A stretch of 63,120 bases of DNA, counting the filler, from Sphacelaria rigidula (Eukaryota): assembly GCA_964200075.2 (NCBI GenBank). It is 10 parts of 10 records of this genome, joined end to end, with 100 filler letters (N's around TTAATTAATTAA, not from the genome) between each part and the next. Parts side by side here need not be neighbours in the genome. Positions count along the whole stretch, not along the records: positions 18,968 to 25,189 come from CAXNAA020021411.1; positions 25,290 to 31,511 come from CAXNAA020021412.1; positions 31,612 to 37,833 come from CAXNAA020021413.1; 7 more parts are not named here. One strand, given 5' to 3'. The position numbers were made by a program, and so were the translations under genes. Within the stretch, counting starts at the first letter, position 1, and each line of letters opens with the position of its first letter. A model generated the notes under the pieces. It searched no databases. It was not told the origin of the DNA and was given only the letters and a program-made list of their open reading frames with translations. Shown here one piece after another: positions 23,549 through 36,569 of this stretch.

Positions 23549-25289
23549 ATCGAGGTCTAATAATATAGCTTGACTTTTTTTCTCAGTAGTAGAGACGTGA
23601 GTAACTTCGATCTGTCTTTAAAAGCATGAGAACGTGAGTAGCGAAAAAGAGTATCTTCGGCTGACTTGGCTACACGACTGACGATCCGGTGCGGCAGGGG
23701 AGTGCATAGTCATGATCCAGTCCGCCGCGATGCCAAAATGTAGGCCGTGCGTGTACCGGGGGGAAGAGCTGTGTTTATTATCTCTTGATATCACGGATTC
23801 GGAGGGGGGTAAGTTTGGAGCGAGAAGAGAAAATGCAACAAAAGCAACGCCCGAGCATCTTGATAGGGCCTTCCCTGTCTACAATATCGCCATCCCCCAT
23901 GGAACTGCCAGGAGCCGTAGCAGGCGGCGGCTGCCTCAGCGGTGATAAAATATGCCAATCTATGTAGATAACAGGTGAAACCCTGGGGTGCGAACGGTGC
24001 CGCCTGCGCTGGTACCACCACCACTGCGCGCTTCATGGCGTAAGACAGATCGTGCTTGGCAAGTTTCGGAGCGGTTGCAGAGGTGCGAGTCACGACAGAA
24101 AATAGCTCTGGTCGCACTACTACAACTATTCTTGCCCTTGTCTCTCGTTTTTGTTCAGTTTGTTTATTTACATTGTTCAAAATGTTGAACAATTATTATA
24201 TTTATCTCTTTATAATCTTCGAGACGGCGAGAGTGTTCCTATATTCGGTAGCGTATGCGCTACAGTTGTCGCATACCGTAGTACCCGCACAGCAAATGTC
24301 ACGTTGCACCCAACCCACACGGTTGAGTACAAGACAAGGCTCTCGTACAGGAGCTGCCGCGCAGCTGTAATACAGATGAAAGCAGCGTGATCGAAAGGCT
24401 CGATATCCACTCGTCGTACAACTGCCGCGCAGTATCTACAGGAGAGTAATGCTATACGGAAGGGGTGCACGAATATTTTCTGAGCTAGGAATTGTTAGGA
24501 GTATTTTATCTCATCCAAAACAAGACTTATGAAATATGTGAGAGTGTACCAGGATTTATATCCCAATGTACTAGGGATGTCCCGAATAAAGTTGCAAACG
24601 GGGATGCCCTGACCCATATTCTTGTGCATCTACAATCGTTGAGAGCTCCTGAACCAGACAAGATTTTGCGCCAAAAGTGCACCCCTACCGTAGCATTGCT
24701 CAGGAGAATACAACAATGCAGGCCGTTTTTCCAGAAGGGAGATGGGTAGCTTATATCAGGAAGTGGAGGAGAGAAACGGGGTAAAACCATTGTGTACCGT
24801 AACGGATTCCCCAGCCCAACAACAAAACCCTTCCTAAAATATATAGGTGTATATACCGGTGTATCGCGAAGAACGTCCCCCCAAAAGTGGTGCTCCATCT
24901 CTTAGCCCCGATATCTTTGGTCAATACCCGTAGATATGAGAATGATCCACTCAAACATCTCACAGAGAGTAGGCCCTCTGTTGAAATCACCATCGATTTC
25001 ATTTATTAACCCTTAGACCGCGAACGTAGTCCATCTGGACTTTTTTTTCCCCCTCACACTTTGAATCCCCCCCCTTCCTCGGGATGAGTCCGTGGTCTCA
25101 AGGGAACAACCCATCTCTCCCCTGGCACGTGCCTTTCATTTTGATCTCGCGGATTGGGTCAGCACTTCCGCACCGCGTCAACTCACGTCNNNNNNNNNNN
25201 NNNNNNNNNNNNNNNNNNNNNNNNNNNNNNNNNTTAATTAATTAANNNNNNNNNNNNNNNNNNNNNNNNNNNNNNNNNNNNNNNNNNNN

Positions 25290-25556
25290 GAACCATGTCG
25301 CCGACCGGCTGCAAAAAAAGTAGTCGGCCCAAAAATGGCCGTTTTTTGCCCCTTTCCGAGGGGAAAAAAGCGTCGATTTTTTTTCTTTGAATTCTTCTTA
25401 ATCGCCCTCGCCTTCACAGGGGCTTGCTGCCAGGAAGTTCTATGCGATCAAAAAACAAACAAGAAAAATCGACACTTTTTTTCCCCTCGGAAGGGGGCGA
25501 AAAAAAGGCCATTTTTGGGCCGACTACTTTTTTGGAACCGTTCGGCGGCATGGTTC
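25290..25556. mobile_element. Foldback MITE with ~90-bp TIRs
   Basis: GAACCATGTCGCCGA...AAGTAGTCGGCCCAAAAATGGCC versus GGCCATTTTTGGGCCGACTACTT...CGGCGGCATGGTTC. Confidence 0.8.
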
Positions 25557-26056
25557 AAGCACAAGCTGCAAATTTCAAACACATTTAACGCAAAGAACAC
25601 CGTAGAGTTCATTATTAAAAAAAAAAAATCGGACATCGTTCAGGGCCCCTACAAATCTAGGTACCCTTACTTATGGGACAGAGGAAGTATATACTTGGGA
25701 AGAGACATGTCTTTCCACGCGAACAGCCGACACCATAGGGCGCTGGCATGACTATACCTATGACAGACGAAGCATTTCCATGCCTGAACTGCCGGCCGAC
25801 AGAAAGCCAAAAGATAGCTCGACACTATGCACGAGCCAGGAGTTCACATCTTGCGGGGGTATTGATTCATTATACGAGTACAGCAGTGGCCTCACTACAT
25901 TGCGGTCAAAATCACTCGGCACAAGTACGATCTCCTGTTGGTCGTACCACACCACCAAAGTACGGGGTCCCCGCATAATGCGGTCATGCCACGCTGGCGA
26001 TCCACCACAACTATGATTCCCATTGTGGTACATACATACCCTCTCCCCTGCCTCAC

Positions 26057-26242
26057 CGGACGGTAGATGACATCCCGCTCAGCCTCTATCTCGTCCTGCC
26101 TCGAGACCATGAGGCTGTCGAGGATGTTGGACTCGAAGGCGGGGTCATCAGGATCGCGCACGATGGTTCTTCGTCCTTCTTCCAGTTCGCTCACCGCGTT
26201 CTCTTTCTTGCCCTTGACCACCACGCCTTCCCGGATTTTTTC
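26057..26242 (-). CDS. Downstream exon, probably of the same hypothetical gene (EKIREGVVVKGKKENAVSELEEG...DVIYRP)
   Basis: GCAG| acceptor in phase 0, compatible with the 29592 donor; GC-rich third positions; CCG|GTGAG donor. Confidence 0.65.
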
Positions 26243-29200
26243 CTGCGCAAGTTTTTCACGTGATTATCCATTGTTGAAATTCACCTGGGTTCATGTCGCT
26301 TTTTTGTAAGGATACGCACGCGTCGAAGATTCGTCTGGTGTTCGCCTTTTTTCAACTACCGTCATTGCGAACATCATCTTATTTATCCACACGTGGACGC
26401 CTCATGAGCTACCTGAATACTACTTCTTATGGGTGTACTGATCCGGATCACGACCTAGTTTGATTGACCCCTGCTTTCGATTTTTCTTCCTACAGCAGTG
26501 CTGGACGCCGAGCACGCGGAGTAGCGCAAAGGTCACGCCTTGGCTTCTCGGACCCGGATGTCACGTATTTCGCGTTTCTATACAGGGGATCTCGGAGTCC
26601 TCTTCAACCAGTTGCTCCAGGTAGCTCATGAGCTGCCCGACATCTGTATATATCCAACTTGCTCATTGCTGGAACGAGCTTCTATACGGGAGGGCGTTCT
26701 TCGTTTTCGTGGGTCCGCACGTTGCCTGTCCCTGCCCCTCCCCCCCCTCCATTTTGCCTTTCAACCATGAGGCTGCGACCACCACTGCAGGCTGCCTTAG
26801 AACACCAATGGCACATGATGTTTCAGAATAGTTACTTATTTCAAAAGACAACACGCCTCTTCGCAATAACTCGGGGATGTTGAGCACCTATCTAGAAAGT
26901 AGTGCTGGAGAATCCCTGACCGGTTTCGAGCCACGAGTCGAGCGCATGTACAATATGTACGTCTTCTCTGAGTCGTTTTCGCGGGGCACATCCTATCGTC
27001 ATGCTTTACAAGTGATGTTCCCTAGCAGTCACTACTGCTGCCATAAATATCAACAAAGAGACTATGATATTCCTCCGCTTCCGCACTTTCAACCCTTCCG
27101 GGGCAGTGCTGGCACAGCTCCGGCATTTCTTGATCGTAGTACGCATGTCTCGTGGTCTCAATTGTGCTTCCTTTTGGTACTGATTGTACTGGTGGTGCTG
27201 ATGCTGCACCGTACGTGAATTTTCTCCTCTCTATTGGTCGAACACAACAATATTCAACAATCAGCGTGTTATTGCTCTTAACTACACACCGACTACTGCG
27301 CGCTCTCCCTAGATCTGCATGACCGCAGTGTTCGGCTACTCTCTGTATGATCTTCGTTAGGTAATTAGTATTCCTGATGAAGTGCTGCTGGATGAAGAAA
27401 TGAAAGGCACCATCAATGCGTCGATTCCTTTTCTTCAAGAACAGCATCGCTGAAGCAAGCGCCGAGGTGCCCTCGAAGGCAGCGTGCAAAACACCCACAG
27501 CAAAAGAGGAGGAGAATCATGAGTGCGATGTTGCCCACAGAAAGAACTGTCAAGTGGTCTGCTGTTGCTTGTTCAGTGTCTGTCTGTCTGTCTGTCTGTG
27601 CCATTATACCTCAACGACTCTCTCAGCCACGGTACCGACGATCTGATATCCAAACAATCAGAGCGGGGACCGTCAGATACAGAGGCACAGCCGAGAAAAG
27701 CGCTGAGCGAGAGAAAGAGCTGACTGCCGATGCAATTTGAGAAGACAGCGCTTCTTTGCTTACGCAGGAAAGGGTGTTCTCGCCTGTTGAATTACATATC
27801 TTCAACCCGTGGCTGCAGTATGGCGTAGTCGATCGGTACCGTTAAGGCTGTTGTCACCATCGCACAAGGTCGCGGGCCCAGACGGTACTTTGTACTTGTT
27901 TGTACCACATACTATTAATCCATGCAGTACCATGAAAACACCGTCAGGAGTTCCACGATACTTTATGCAGTACGTTTCTTGTCTATTGCAACTATTGACT
28001 ATATATTGTCCAAGGTGTGAAGTGGTGTATGTAAACGACATACACACTCTTCCTACTATGCTGTCGTATTCTCGACATCCTGCGCGCATGTCACATCGTC
28101 TCAACCGCACCTAACTTTCTTGGTATCTGTATTGCTGGTACAAGTACTGGTACTGTATCACACGTACAAGCGTTTTTTATCTGCTGCTGAGTGCAACGGT
28201 ACGAAACAATGAGCGTGTCATAGCTCTTCACTACACCCAGTGTACAGCACACTGTTACCTCGGCCGCCTAGTCTTCCACAACACTACAGTACGGTGTGGA
28301 ACCATCCGACAACACAAGAGGGGCCAGGCTGAGCGCATATACTATGCACGCGTCCTTCTATCTTTCGAGTGCTTGGTACGCAAATGGCCAATCACGGCTT
28401 GACTGCGAGGTGGGTATTTCTGCAGATGTTCTCTACAGTTCTCTGAAGGGGAACAAAAAGACCAAATTGGTCAATCAGAACCATCAAAGAGGTCAGTTCC
28501 CGCTGTATACGCCTTGTTCACGGCTTAGATTTTCCCCCAGAAACTTTTTAACACCCATGGTTGACCCTGTAAGCTATTCGATTGATCTAGGAATAGGAAC
28601 CCACCCAGCCATGACCCTTCCCTCGTCCCGCTGAAAAGCCCTGGATGTCCGCGGACTATCAGGCGACGAAAATGTTCCGAGACGAGGATCGCAAGCCGAA
28701 GCTCTTGAGATCATGGCGGCGCGTGCACTGCGCAAAGTTGATCGGGGGTTCTAGTGGGTCCAGCACCCAACCTTCCTTGAGCAAAGATTGCGAACGCTCT
28801 AGGCGCCTACCCCACATGACTGCCACAAGGCAGTCTGGCTGAGCCTCCGAGTAATCGGCATACGAACCCGCTTGCGGGTTAATTGTTGGGTCAGGTTTCC
28901 TGCTTTCTTTCAAGAAAAAAAAGAGGAGTATGTACTCATATATATCGTACACTATTGCATCGGGGTACACTGTATACCACCCCCTTAACAGCATATGTGG
29001 GTGACACAATTTCGAGTGTTATGCTGTGTTTTCAGTACCGATTCAGAACGGTAAAGCAGAATACAGTACGATACCGTACCGAGTATCGAGAAGGGGTTTT
29101 CTCCTGAGCAGGGTTGCGCGGCATGCCCTACTGTTCCAAGAACGAAGTGTGGTCGGTCGGTAAATTGTGCGTTGGCTTGAAACTTCGCGATAGGAGGCAA

Positions 29201-29591
29201 AATCATGTTTGGATATGATCGATGGGGTTCATCGCACAAGCCATGCTGTGAGCTCATCAGCCTCCTGCCTTCACGAACGTCGTACCTACGCCGTTATTCC
29301 TGTTAGGGTTGGGTGGGCGAAGGGAAAGCAGCTTATCGCTGACTCATTGGACACGGAAGTTCCGGTTCGAGTTTTCAAAACTTGAGAAAGGAAACAACGT
29401 GACACGCAAGCTGTTCTTGCTGCTTGTTGCAGTTTGCAAATTTACTTGTACCGTACTACTGTACAGTGAAACCGGGTACGACAGACAAACTTCCTCGACA
29501 CCCATCCAAAAGCGTCAAGCTATATCGCCCCCCCCCCCTCTCCCCTCTCTGTCCGTCTTCCATCCCCCAAATCCTCGAAGAAACAGCATAC

Positions 29592-30026
29592 CTGCTGGGC
29601 CTTATCTGAATCAGATTCAAAATCGTCCTTGCTCTTCTCCATCTTTTCGGTCAGGTCAGCACCTGACCCGACAATTCGCTCATAGCCGTCCCCCTTGGCA
29701 GTCACCCGGCGAAGTTTAGCTATCTTCTCCTTCAATTCTTCCTGCCGCTCGGAAACCATCATGACAGCAGCCACGCCCTGCCGCCGCTGCGGCCGCCAAA
29801 AAGCCCCGTTAAAATTGCACTCCCCACTGCAAAAGATACTATAAGATCTTAGCCTGCTGCTGGGTGCCGGCATCAAATGACCAAAAGCAAGCAAGCTGGC
29901 ATGACGTTGGCGTTGGAGCGGTCCTGTATCCAACTCAGCAAAATAAGCTTTGGGTGTCTTCAGTGCGCTCGAGCAGGATGTTCCCACAGCCAGGAGTAAA
30001 ATGCACAGCATGCTTTCATGGCCCAT
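29592..30026 (-). CDS. First exon of a hypothetical, probably plastid-targeted protein
   Basis: Signal-peptide-like MLCILLLAVGTSCSSA, an R/S-rich transit-like stretch ending AAVMM, then a charged coiled segment. CAG|GTATG donor in phase 0. Confidence 0.65.
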
Positions 30027-31081
30027 GGCTCGGCCGGTCGCGTCGGCATGAAGCGCGACACAATATACGACGCATGCGCCCTGGATGAGCAACTGTGACG
30101 GCTGTCTTCGATATTTGTCATTTTATTCAAACCCGCGGTCGGGAATATGTAAAACACTGCTCATAAGAGTGTTACCTTCGTCTCAAAGCTGCAGAAATAC
30201 AAAAAAAAACAAAATTGAATAAAATAACAATTTTAAAAATATTTAAACCTCGCAAACTACAAGAGGGTGTGTCTCATCGAAAAATGAAAATAGCATATAG
30301 ACACCATATCGTGGAACATGACTATAATGCGATCGAAACTGGATCTGGTGACTTGATCTGCGATGTCTCGTGCAGCTGCCGGGTTCCGCCACTTGTGTAT
30401 TCTAGTGTTCCTCGAGGAAGAGGGTACTTAGGATTCCATGCCATTTGTTATGGGTTTCTAGTCCATCCGTACGCAATTTGTTTCCGTGGGTCTGTCAGCT
30501 AAACCTTCTACGACCATAGACAGGTAAGATCTCCTCTAGCGCCGTACGTAGTGCAGAACCCACTTGTTGCTGTTGTATGCTAAACCATTGGAATCAAGTG
30601 TTTAAGTTTCACCTTTTTGCTGCTACTGTTTTGCTTTTGACAGGGCAGTGGCCGTCACAGGGATCCCACCTAGGATCTTTGAGGCGTGGATTGGTTATTG
30701 ATCGGGATATGTATCATTATACGACTTCCATCCTTTGTTGGCCCAGCTACCATGCCTCACAAATCACCAGACGATCCAGCCCTGCACAGTCGTCGCGGTA
30801 CGGCCAATGAACCGTGGCCTGCTGCAATCGTACGGACTAAAAAGATCGGGTCGCCTGAATACCATCGTTTTTTTGCCTGACTTCCAACTTGCGCCCGCTG
30901 CTGTTACTGTTGGCTGACTTGTGGGCATGGCTGCTGCTATAACTTGATTCGCGTTTACCCTTGCACAAACCATTGTAGTCTGAGCCGACAACTGTCCCCT
31001 GTTACACCTCATATCCGATCACGCGCCGTTCAGCTCTGCGGAATATCAAAACGCATACAACATATGTAAAAGCCAGGATCG

Positions 31082-31422
31082 ATGCGATCGGCTAAAGCAA
31101 CCGCCGCGAGAACCGACACCGCAACACCAGCTCCTAGCACCAAGGTTTCACGGACCGTCAAGAGAGACGGCAGCGCTGGCGGCCGCAAGAAGCCCGACAA
31201 ATCGCCAAGGCCACGAGAAGGGTTGTCACAGCCGCCGAGAATTGCCCCGCAGGAATTGGGGGCGCTGGGCCCAGCGGGGAGGGGGCACAAACAACGTAGT
31301 GGAAGGTCGTCGGGGTTGTCTTCGGATGAAGTATGTTTGAGAACTGGTGCGCCGGATGACTCTGTGGCAGAGGGGTCGATAGAGGAGGCACGACACAGGG
31401 CTTGCCTTTTGTTGCAGTTGAG
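31082..31422 (+). CDS. Possible first exon of a divergently transcribed hypothetical gene
   Basis: ATG-initiated, disordered basic ORF ending AG|GTGAGA. No recognisable domain. Confidence 0.4.
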
Positions 31423-31816
31423 GTGAGAAGTAGGAATAAAGGCGGATTAGCCCTTTGGGAACCCTCCCCTCCCGTCCCCGGGCCAGACGCCTCATTATGA
31501 GAAGCCCTGACNNNNNNNNNNNNNNNNNNNNNNNNNNNNNNNNNNNNNNNNNNNNTTAATTAATTAANNNNNNNNNNNNNNNNNNNNNNNNNNNNNNNNN
31601 NNNNNNNNNNNTTTTTTTTTTTTTCGTCTTCTCTTGAATTTCCTTCGCCTTCCTGATGCCGCTGTATTTGCCTCCCCCCCCCCCCCCCCTCCCCCAACAT
31701 ATTCGTACGTGTATTTTGAACCATCTTGAAGGTATTTTTATCGTCGTTTGTGTGTCCATTTGTTGTTGTTTTCCTTTCCTTCTGTTTGTTGCCTTCATTT
31801 TTTTTTTTTTTGAAAG

Positions 31817-31951
31817 CTGTCGATCGAGGAATATCTGATGAGGAGTCCGCACAAGAAGCTCTTGTACAATCCTCTCGCCGCGGAATTCGGTATCGAGAAC
31901 ATGGCCCAGATGAACAACTTCATCAGGAACGAGATGCCCCTCTTCAAGATG
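31817..31951 (+). CDS. Galactose-3-O-sulfotransferase-family protein, exon a
   Basis: T-tract and AAG| acceptor; LSIEEYLMRSPHKKLLYNPLAAEFG...PLFKM; |GTAAG donor; phase 0. Confidence 0.8.
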
Positions 31952-33307
31952 GTAAGATCAACACGGACGGGCTTGTGTAGGCCAGCAGGACATTTTGCTG
32001 TCGCGCGCGTCCCGGTGGGCTAAACTAGTAAAATGGCACAGTGTCTTGTTGACTTTTTAATTCATTTTTTATTTCACGTCTTAGTCCACTACCATGTCGT
32101 TCTGTTCGACTTTTTTCTGTTGCTTCTTTTTCTTCAGCGAGTGAGTGTTTCAGTTTTTGTTTAGTTTTGTCTTGGGTACGTCTATCATGTGACCACGGGT
32201 GGACCTCTGGGGGCCTGGGGGGTCAGTTAAAGCGCAACAATCAATCGAATCAATCGAGTGCATATTGGAAGCGGTTACGGAGGAGGTCTTGGAGTGCTTA
32301 TCCTGACTATTTTCGTTGTTTTTGTTTTTGTTCTTACAATTTTCTGATTTTCTCTCCTTTTCATACTTGAACCGCGAGTATGCTGTAGTCCGTCTGGATC
32401 ATGCATACTTCTTTTTTTTTTCATGTGGAATTGATATGCCGAGTCAATAGATTGCCTACACCTGCTGTCTAGGGGTTTAATACACGAGGGGGTGAATATG
32501 CAACATATCTCAACAAAATTTGACGGGGTTTCAGAGTGCTTGCTGATAAGGTCCGCGGCATCAAAATACCGGGCAAGTACAATGCCGGGGGAGAAAAAGT
32601 GTTTGATCAATTTTGATTGATTTAATTGTCGCACTTCAATTGATCTCCTAGGAACCCAGCCGTGGACATCGTGGTCATTGTCCACATGATGGACATACGC
32701 AGTACGCACCCAAAGGGTAAAAAACAAAATGAGAAGGGAAAGACTCGCAGAAGGGCGCTTGAGAAAGAGGGAGAACGAATATATATATATATATATATAT
32801 ATACATCTAAAGGCAGGGATGAAATGGACGCCCCTTGAGGGATCTCTTCGTATCATCATGGTGACTCGTCCCGACAGAAGTGAAGGTGTTATTACTTAAC
32901 TATGAAAGTGTAACGGATGGAAAAAAGAGAAGAAAAAGAAGAGTCTTCTTTTCGCGAGGTTTCTCCTCGCCGTTGTATTATTTCTTGCTTACTGTATTGA
33001 GAGGCGGGAGTCACATGTTTCTCATTGAGCACCCCTTCCCCCCGATGCGATGTCACTGGTCATATGCCTACGGCATGCAAAATCATGAGCACCCCCCCCA
33101 CCCATGCGAGACGTGAACGAAGGTGGCATGGAATCGTTTGATGCATTAGACAGTAGGGATAAAACGGTGGTGATACTAGGAGATAGATAGTGGCCACAGG
33201 CGGCGAACCAGGACGGCGATAAGATATGTAAAAGGTTTTTGTGCAGTGTATAGAAGAAACGTAATGAGCGCCGGAATGTTGGAGGCGTCTCTATTAGGAG
33301 TAGGAAC

Positions 33308-33385
33308 GGTGCTCCGTCTCGAAGGGGATGCACGGTCAATGGTCAAACGACTAAGGCAAGCAACAAACGAGAATGCCCCCCCTCC
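33308..33385 (-). repeat. Dispersed repeat family F (~80 bp, G-run + TACTCATTTGTTGCTTGCCTTAGTC...GAGACGGAGCA)
   Basis: Other copies at 18830-18867, 33695-33772 and 36280-36341 (+), and 43397-43470 (-). Confidence 0.8.
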
Positions 33386-33513
33386 CCCCCCTTCCCTCCC
33401 CGGGGTCTTATGACTACGGCATGCTTAATAATGGATACCACCCGACACCCCCGCCTCGTCTGTCCACTCTGTTTTGGCTCCACCTCTCCTTGGACTGGTG
33501 TGCGTGCTCGTAG

Positions 33514-33684
33514 GTGATGCTGACGGAGAGGTTTGACGAGGGGTTGGCGCTGCTCCAGAAAATGCTGAACTGGGACCCTATCGATATCACCTACTGCAAG
33601 ATGCTGCAGACCAAGAAGGGGGAGAAGCGATGGGACGGCAAGCCCCTGCAGGACGTACCCAAGATTCCCGACTTACCACCAGAG
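33514..33684 (+). CDS. Galactose-3-O-sulfotransferase-family protein, exon b
   Basis: VMLTERFDEGLALLQKMLNWDPIDITY matches the GAL3ST motif V(M/L)xxExFDESLxLLxxxLxWxxxDxxY. TAG| acceptor and |GTGAAG donor. Confidence 0.88.
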
Positions 33685-34347
33685 GTGAAGGGATGGGGGG
33701 GGGGGGCATACTCATTTGTTGCTCGCCTTAGTCGTTTGACCGTTGACCACGCATCTCTTTTGAGACGAAGCGGGGAATGGGGGGGCGTGGGAGAAAAAAA
33801 AGGAGAATATAAATTGTGGAGAATCTGGAATCAAAAGACTTGGTGACGTATACTTTCGTTGAATAAGGCGTTCGGGCTAGCAGGGAACCATTTTTTTACA
33901 TGAAGAAACCTGTCAAGAACAGAGTGTACGTATACTGTAGTGTACGTCACGTACTGTCCGACCAGAAGTGCTGTACACAATGGGAGGAAAATAAAGGCAA
34001 ACTTGCCGAAAATAGAACGTACACATGTAGGTGGTTTTCGGTTGTGTACTCCTACTGTTGTCAGTACTCCACAGGTTTCTCCGGTGTTGTTGCTCTTGCT
34101 GCTGCTTTTTTTGTTGCTGTTGACTTTTGGGTGTGAAGCATGTGATGTCTCCGTCGCCGTGAACGTGCATAACTCGCGATTTGCGCACCGCGTCAACCCC
34201 TTTTCGTAAGTACGTCTTTTCTTCATCGTCATTTTCCAGAGATCGAACACCATTTCACACCCTTCCCCGAGTTTGTGTATAGTAGTAGTACCGCAGTTGT
34301 TAATATGTAACACTCGCTCGTTTTTTTTTCTTCCCCATGTTCGGACC

Positions 34348-34458
34348 TTAACCCGTAGACCGCGATGCGGGTAGTCAATCTGGTTCATGCCTACTTGTTT
34401 CAAGTTAACTTGATGCCCATTCAACAGATATGACCTACTCTCGCAGTCTAAGGGTTGA
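34348..34458. mobile_element. Solo piggyBac-type MITE, ~100 bp, intronic
   Basis: TTAA-CCCGTAGACCGCG ... CGCAGTCTAAGGG-TTGA. Related copies at ~25006, ~32368-32480, 52276-52377, 56685-56794 and ~58503-58573. Confidence 0.8.
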
Positions 34459-34615
34459 AAGTATATATCCTATGGCGCCATGTACCCCTATTTCGTCCAC
34501 GTCCGGTCCCCTGCGATGTAACCTGTGTGAATTCACCTGGATCGCTATTTGTGGCCTCCTTTTTTTTCCGTGGGGGGGGGGGGGGGACTATGCACCCGTA
34601 TTTTTTTTGTAACAG

Positions 34616-34690
34616 GTCTTGGCGCAGATCAAAGCGAGGACGCAGCTGGACACGAGGCTGTACCAGGCGGGTATCCTCCTCTACCGAAAG
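34616..34690 (+). CDS. Galactose-3-O-sulfotransferase-family protein, exon c
   Basis: VLAQIKARTQLDTRLYQAGILLYRK carries the family's LDxxLY motif. CAG| acceptor and |GTGAG donor; phase 0. Confidence 0.85.
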
Positions 34691-35113
34691 GTGAGTTTGC
34701 GTGTGTGCGGGATTGGACAGATGGTTCCGTCAAAACCTCCCGTCTCGTCCCGTCCCGTCCCGTATTTCGTGTTTGTTTTATTCTATTTTCTGTGCTTTTC
34801 CCATTGTCGTAATATATCACCCTATCCTCGCGACGAGTCCGACGTGGGTAAGAGACGGGGAGATCAGAGAAGATCCCCAACACGGTGGAGTGGCCAAGTA
34901 TAGCCATATGTCATCATACTCGAAAGCAAGAAGGCGAAAGAAGTTACTGTTCGAGGGACGGCTGGGGGTGTTGATGGTGATGATGAGATGATGGACACGA
35001 TGCTATGCCAAAAGAGAAAAGCAAGTAGTTTTTCAATTAGAGTCCGCAGACAAAACGCGCGCAGGTTCTTCGGGCTGGTTGTATGCCTCGATTAAGGCCA
35101 TCTAACCTTACGA

Positions 35114-35511
35114 GCCGGTTGCCCCGGTGGCTCAGTTGGTAACCTCGAAACCTTCTGACCGTTGGATCGTGGGTTTTCGAATCTCGGTGCAGTCGCACGA
35201 TCTGGGATTTTTTCTCACACAAATCCCAACAGTGGAGAGCGACCATGTCGTGGGTACAACACAAAATGCGACTCAATGGTCGACGAGGGAAAGGGACTGC
35301 CGGACCCCTCTGGCGATCAAAAAGTAAAGGCAAGCACCGCAGGAGGAAGGAGGTGGAAAACTAAAACAAACAAACAAACAAACAAACAAACAAACAAACA
35401 AGTCCTGTGTTGGCCTTCCTCCTGTGTGACCCCGGCTGGTGCGCTCACACATACCGAAAGGTCTCGACCGGCGTCCAGAATAGATGGGACAACAAACACA
35501 ACAACACACAA
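35114..35511 (+). mobile_element. Full-length tRNA-derived SINE, ~400 bp, in a sulfotransferase intron
   Basis: A box TGGCTCAGTTGG, B-box-like TTCGAATC, unique body with internal (AAAC)n, CA/CAA-rich tail. At least five partial copies elsewhere in the window. Confidence 0.85.
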
Positions 35512-36495
35512 CCTTGCTTGACGGAGAGGCCCTCCGTCGCACGCGTTGTTAATCCTGACACAGACGAGTTTTGCCGTCCCCCAGTACAGACGTTCCTCGT
35601 GCTTTCATCGTCATGGAGGGGTTGATTAACATTCCCGCAAACCGCCGATTTCATCGAAGTTTTGCACGGTGTGTTTTGTGCAAGGGTCCGACAAATCAAT
35701 GATTCGTCTGGAAATTAATTAGTTTTAGTGTAATTGATTCGAATCGTACGAATCAATCCCTAGGCTTCGTTTTCAGTGTTGCATCGCAGGTACGCGCAGT
35801 CCAGACACGTGGACTGGCGCAAAAGTTGCGTGGACACCCCTTGGACCAGCGGTCAACTTTTTTTTCTTCCTTTTGGGCAATCAGGCCGAAGAAATCGTGG
35901 ATTTGATGATTCGAACCCGTAATGATTTGTCCTAACCGTGGATTTGTGCATGTGTTGTATTCCCAGCTATGTGGGACACAAGAGCTGTGTGCGTGCGTGC
36001 GTGCGTGCGTGTGTGTGATACCAAAAGCTGTGTGCATCCTTGATGTTGGGGCGACATAAGAGCTCTATTCCTGTGGTCCAGTTATCGTCAACGCACGGAG
36101 CCTCTTGTTGGCGAGCCAAGTAATAATACTGGTGGTTGTTGTTCTCCCTTTTATTATCGATTGTTAAAAGGTGGGGGGGGGGGGGGGGGGGGGGGGCTTC
36201 ATTTTTTTTTTCTGTTTAGTGTTTGTGTATTGTCAACATGCATAGAGGCCCGCGGGACGGGTCTCGGTANNNNNNNNNNCATTTGTTGCTTGCCTTAGTC
36301 ATTTGACCATTGACCACGCATCCCTTTCGAGACGGAGCACCGTATCAAATTTGTTAGTGTGTGTGTCTGTGCGTTTTCTCCCTAATATTTCGACGTGCAC
36401 GTGCACCTCCGTTCGTTCGTTGTTATGTTCTTCTGTCTCCCGCCTTTCAACGTCTTATGCCGTAATCTTGGGTGGTGGGGAAAAACAAAATGCAG

Positions 36496-36569
36496 TACAA
36501 GCTGGAGTTTGGACCGGGTGTGGAGCAACACTTCGAGACCTTCCAAAGTCTACAGCAAGTCATGCACAG
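36496..36569 (+). CDS. Galactose-3-O-sulfotransferase-family protein, exon d
   Basis: TGCAG| acceptor; YKLEFGPGVEQHFETFQSLQQVMH; |GTGAG donor; in phase with exon c. Confidence 0.7.

Noticed and set aside
28659..28890. Extra exon candidates inside the 26243-29591 intron (also ~26560-26643 and ~27410-27472)
   Set aside because: Phases or in-frame stops are incompatible with the flanking exons, which join directly.
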